Assembly: GCA_051362555.1 (NCBI GenBank)
Contig: CM120640.1
Coordinates: 33,809,967-33,873,966, forward strand
Source: Lingula anatina
Lineage: Eukaryota > Animalia > Brachiopoda
Direction of reading: 5' to 3'
Length of the DNA stretch: 64,000 bases
Shown: positions 59,698 through 64,000 of the stretch, in pieces
Numbering within the stretch: position 1 is the first letter of the stretch
Layout of the letters: every line of letters begins with the position of its first letter
Notes under the pieces: generated by a model
Seen by the model: only the letters and a program-made list of their open reading frames with translations
Databases searched by the model: none
Told to the model about the DNA's origin: nothing
Made by a program: the position numbers and the translations under genes

Positions 59698-62600
59698 CTA
59701 ATCCAGGCGTTCAGCGAACAACGCCGCAACTTCAGCGTCATTAAGAGTTCTTGCGATGATTTTAATCTGCAATGAAAAGAGAGTACAATGAAAGAGTTAA
59801 TTCAAAGACTGTATAATTAATACTGAACTCGTTATGCATATTAAACTGAGAGTGCAAAAGACAAACATTTCATGGTTTGGCGACGTAGCTTTTATCCCTG
59901 TGTACAGTACATGTATATATATATATTGACCTACAAGTATGGGTTTCATTTCTGCAGGCGTGGGTTTTTTATTACTTCACGCCGAAAGCCCACCTTAAAT
60001 TTTTTATTAACTGGACACGCTACTAATCATTTCACCCTAAAGCAATGGATATACTTTTTAAAGACATATGCACTTACTTCATCCATGTAACCAACAAAGT
60101 TGCTATCTTCGCACAAGAAGTCACGTCCGAAAATAAGCGGCGTGTTGGTCTTTTTGATTGCACCTAAAATAAAAAAAATAATAATGTAATTATAGAAATT
60201 GTGAGCAAATACATGGAAAACATCGATAATTTTCAAATGCTGTGACGATGGAGCTCATGGCAAATAAATTTCAAAATGAATGAAGAATAGGTGTGACAGC
60301 TTAGTTAACGAAAGGTAAAATAATCCAATGTGAAAAACGTTGATACTATTGTGGGAAAGATACAGAGTAAATTGTAAACAGAGAGAGAGAGACAGAGGGG
60401 GTGGGAAGGATTGCAGTGAAAGGAGCGAATGATTAAGTATAAAAAGAGAGGCAGAACGAAAGAGAAGGCAAATTGAAAAAAAAACACGAGTGAAAGAAAG
60501 ATTTACCATATGCCTGAACAGCAGGTGTCTGCATTACGCCGTCCATGTAGTAGCGGATATAGGCGCCGTCATAGGTCATCACTGCATGGTGCCACACGTC
60601 GAGCGAAGCCTGCGAAATGGAAAAGGTGCGGTGAGAAAAAGGCTTTACATTAAAGTGTATTGAGAAAGCGTATTAATCTCTTTCCACCTGCGACTATTAG
60701 TACAATGGCTACATTGTAATTGCCTGCCTTTCATCATTTTCATTAGTGCCAAGTCTTGTTCTGATCTTGAGGTAATATAAAACCACCCATTCAAGGATCG
60801 ATAAAGAAGAAATGGGTCAAATTTGCATTAATCAGTAAGAGTATATCTCCACTTAATTCTTTTTTGAACTGTTACTTATAACTCTATTGATAATAATAAC
60901 AATAATTATAATTATAATAATAATTGTGATATAATCTTAATTTTTTGCTTCGTTTATATTAAAACGAGTGTCTTGTTACGCCTTACCAGGAGGTAATGAA
61001 GATTAATTTGATCTTGATATGAAAATTCAAGATGAATAGTGTGCAGGTAAGATGGGGATTAATTTGTTTCTACGGCTGCATGCAAAATGCTACAGGTTAT
61101 TTTTAACCAAAATAAACCTTACTGAGACGTGCTGGTACGCCAAAGTGTAGTTCTTGGTGTAAGTAACAAGGCCTGCGCCAGTGGCACCCGATGCGTCTTC
61201 TTCGGTTCGGACATCAATTGTACCAGGAACGAAACAATCCCCATTGCTGACCAGACTGCGGCGAACAAGACCGGAATCTGTCTGTCTAAACCACAGACTG
61301 ATAGTAAAATAGGTGCCAAACTCGTGGGCAGTGAATCGTGGGATTTCGGCATGGCCTTTGCCATTGAAGTACGCAGCGCCCTGGCCACATTGAGTTTTGA
61401 TACCGCCAGTCGTAGAAATAGACAGGCCGAGGGAGTCGAGCCATGTTCTTTCTTGTGCTTCGCTGAAGTCCTTGTCAAAGGTGAAGCAAGCGAGGTATTC
61501 TTCTCCTGAAATAATGAAAATGGGGGATTGTACATATGTCCAGGTCAGATTTCATAATCATCATCATCATCCTCATCACAATCTCTCTCTCTCTGTCTCT
61601 CTCTCTCTCTCTCTCTCAGACTATCAGAAACAATCACTAGATAATAATCTATATCTATTTTATATAAATGCCCTTCAAAAAATACCTAAAACTCGACAGA
61701 AAACCCGCGTGCTTACACACAAGAAAATAAGTTACAGGAAATTTCTACAGCACCTCATAATTATTTCAGAAATCAGTACACTCACCGACACACTGTCGCG
61801 CACAGACGTTGTCAACTTTTCGGACACATTCACAGAGGTCAATGTTGAACACGTGTCCCTGATGACACTCAAATGGAATGATGCTACCATGCCAGTAGAA
61901 TGAATACTTGTGGTCATAAGTGGGATGGCTCCATTTTTTCCAGCCAGCGGCGGACACACACTGAACTGAGATAGAAAAATGCACAGGAGTGATTAATTCC
62001 CATTTTAAATGGAGTCCTAGTTCTTTTTCAAAAGGTCTGTCATCTAATTTCGTAAATAATAAACAGAGTTAATTTTTTTCGCTTGCAAGGCAATTCTATT
62101 GCCCTGTAAAATGCAACAGCACGACTTCCTAAAATTTTCACTAAAGAACGGAATTCATTATTTCCAACGCGTTTATTAAACAAATTCAAATACTCTTAAC
62201 TTTAAACAATGATCCGTTTATCTTTTAAAAGACATACATAAAAGACCTACTCAGAATATGTATGCTTACCCCCAAGATCAGGATTGGGTGGCTCGACTGA
62301 GCACGTGGATGAACAGAGAGCAGAGGCCGAGCAACTGAACGTGTCTGGGTCATATCCCTGGCCAGGGGGACAGCAGTGGGGGATCCACTTGTTGTTACTG
62401 CATTCGTAGTATTTGGCACAGTTCGCGGAGTCGTACTCGAAGCCGCCGGGACATGGGTCTGCATGAGTAGAAATGGTATTTCAATTTTATAGTTATGGTA
62501 AGGAGAAATAAAAATTGAAATGTTATACATGGTATTAATCAACTGGTTAAAAAAAGATGAAAGACAAATAAATAGAAAGACAAAAAAATAAATAAAAAAG

Positions 62601-62954
62601 TAATAATTTAAAAAAATAAAAAATTAAAAAACTAGGATGAAATAAATGAAAAAATGTGCCTTTTCTATTCCAGAAATTATAAAACATAGATCTATGAAAT
62701 CAAAATATATGTCCTCTCACCAATGTTGTCGCAGTTTGGTGGGCCTGGCTGTCGCACGTATCTACACTTCGCCTCTTCGCAAAACACGCACGTGAGCTTC
62801 TCCTGGTCCCAGAACAATCCTCGTGGGCAACGCTTGTGGTAAGAAACCGTTTTGCCACCGATTCTGTAGCAGTGGTAGAATTTAGAGCAGTCTTCAGGAT
62901 CCCAGTAATGACCCGGTCCGTTACGACGGTCAATGCACATGTCACAGTAACTCA
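59698..62954 (-). CDS. Pif/BMSP-like protein: chitin-binding type 2 (CBM14) domains x3 plus Laminin G (ConA-like) domain; 5' end unresolved
   Basis: In-frame exons 62721-62954, 62270-62458, 61786-61965, 61123-61505, 60507-60609, 60078-60163, 59698-59766. Motifs DPEDCSKFYHC..RCPRGLFWDQEKLTC; CAKYYEC..HCCPPGQGY; AAYFNG..EIPRF..FTISLWF..LVSNGDC; WHHAVMTYDG..YYMDG; FVGYMDEIKI. Stop TAG at 59698-59700. Confidence 0.88.
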
Positions 62955-63321
62955 CTGAATGATGAGGAAATGATGACATTTTAAAACACGTTATCTTGAA
63001 GCGTATTTGTCTTGTGCTGTCTTTGTTTTTACGTGTATCTTAATTTGAAGGAAGTGTATTACTAGTTCGTATTCTAAACAGAATTATTCCACCTTTCCTG
63101 GAAATTATTGTGTTCTTTATTCTATTTTGAAAAACCACTAGTATTGATTTCTTAGGTGTTCTATGTAATATCGAGGATGTAACGTTATAATACGATATTT
63201 TTTAGATTGATCACTGCATTATGTTGTAATCATCTCATCACTTTAGGATTACTATTGAAAATTCATGTGGATTGCTAACAATCTGTTAATAAAAATACTG
63301 CTGTAAAATTAACCCTGTTGT

Positions 63322-63374
63322 AATAATATAATATAATATAATATAATATAATATAATATAATATAATATAATAT
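63322..63374. repeat. (ATAAT)n pentanucleotide microsatellite
   Basis: Direct reading. Confidence 0.9.
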
Positions 63375-64000
63375 ACGTGTACCATCACCTATCAAGCTAT
63401 ACACAGTTAGTGTTTGTTTCCCCCACGGCCTCGTACATCATCTGTTATCTTAATGGTTAGATAGCGTGCAACTGTTCCTGTCAGGTTAAAAAAATGAAAC
63501 AAAGCCGGCTTAATATTTCCAGATATGAGATATTACGTAAATCCAATACGTAAAAAGTTAGAAGGTCGTTTGGTTAATAAAAAAAAGACCATATATGGAG
63601 CGGAAATGTAACATTAAACATTCTTTCCGGTGCATGTATCCTGAAAATTGAACAAAGAGTTAATTCGCCTTTCAAAACTACACCATGATGCTCTTTGGCA
63701 TCATACGTTAACATGGCGTCCTTGGTTAAGGTGAAACTCTGAAATTAGTCATAGTGAGAAATGAAACCGATCCAAGGACAAGGGTCATACGTGCCACCTT
63801 GGGGCATCTGTCAGGAAGAAACTAGATACACTGAACAAGATCAATGAGATGAAGGAGTCACAGAGGACTCAGACTGAACATTGCGTTAAACCATTCGTCC
63901 GTTGTGTCTTGCACACATACCGCACTCGTGGCTCTTACGTATAGCTTTTTGAATACAAGGCATTGGTACAAGAACCAAAGTGGTATGTAGATATTACCCC

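Noticed and set aside
55657-59766. Fusion of the Pif-like gene and the mucin-like gene into one CDS
   Set aside because: The last LamG exon ends in TAG at 59698-59700, and a separate promoter-like region and signal peptide follow; a rare exon-skipping read-through cannot be fully excluded
63683-63900. Upstream signal-peptide exons of the Pif-like gene
   Set aside because: Candidates need a ~50-nt intron and a weak donor, and lack an in-frame ATG; 5' end left unresolved

Overview
AT-rich, intron-containing animal genomic DNA. The Pif-type gene and the Helentron/MITE repertoire suggest a lophotrochozoan, possibly a mollusc (inference). Three protein-coding genes were reconstructed by hand from splice sites and reading phase. 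(1) A 5-exon ankyrin-repeat/SOCS-box (ASB-like) gene on + (406-13469); its ~10 kb third intron is packed with decayed transposons of many superfamilies, nearly all antisense. (2) A ~48-exon type I membrane MUC4-like protein on - (about 57739-27830): signal peptide, ~650 aa Ser/Met-rich region lacking Lys/Arg/Cys/Trp, EGF x5, TSP1, EGF x3, NIDO, AMOP, VWD with GDPH, cadherin/Ig-like segment, ~20 EGF, TSP1, SEA-like segment with RKKR, TM, short tail. An RFX X-box plus CCAAT box lies in its promoter. (3) Directly upstream on the same strand, a Pif/BMSP-like gene with three chitin-binding type 2 domains and a LamG domain (62954-59698, 5' end unresolved). Between genes 1 and 2 lie a Helentron-type element carrying 146-bp tandem repeats, Kolobok-like MITEs forming a perfect 44-bp palindrome, tRNA-like remnants, a CTCF-like motif and cryptic exon-like segments. 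All family assignments come from motif recognition, not database searches.
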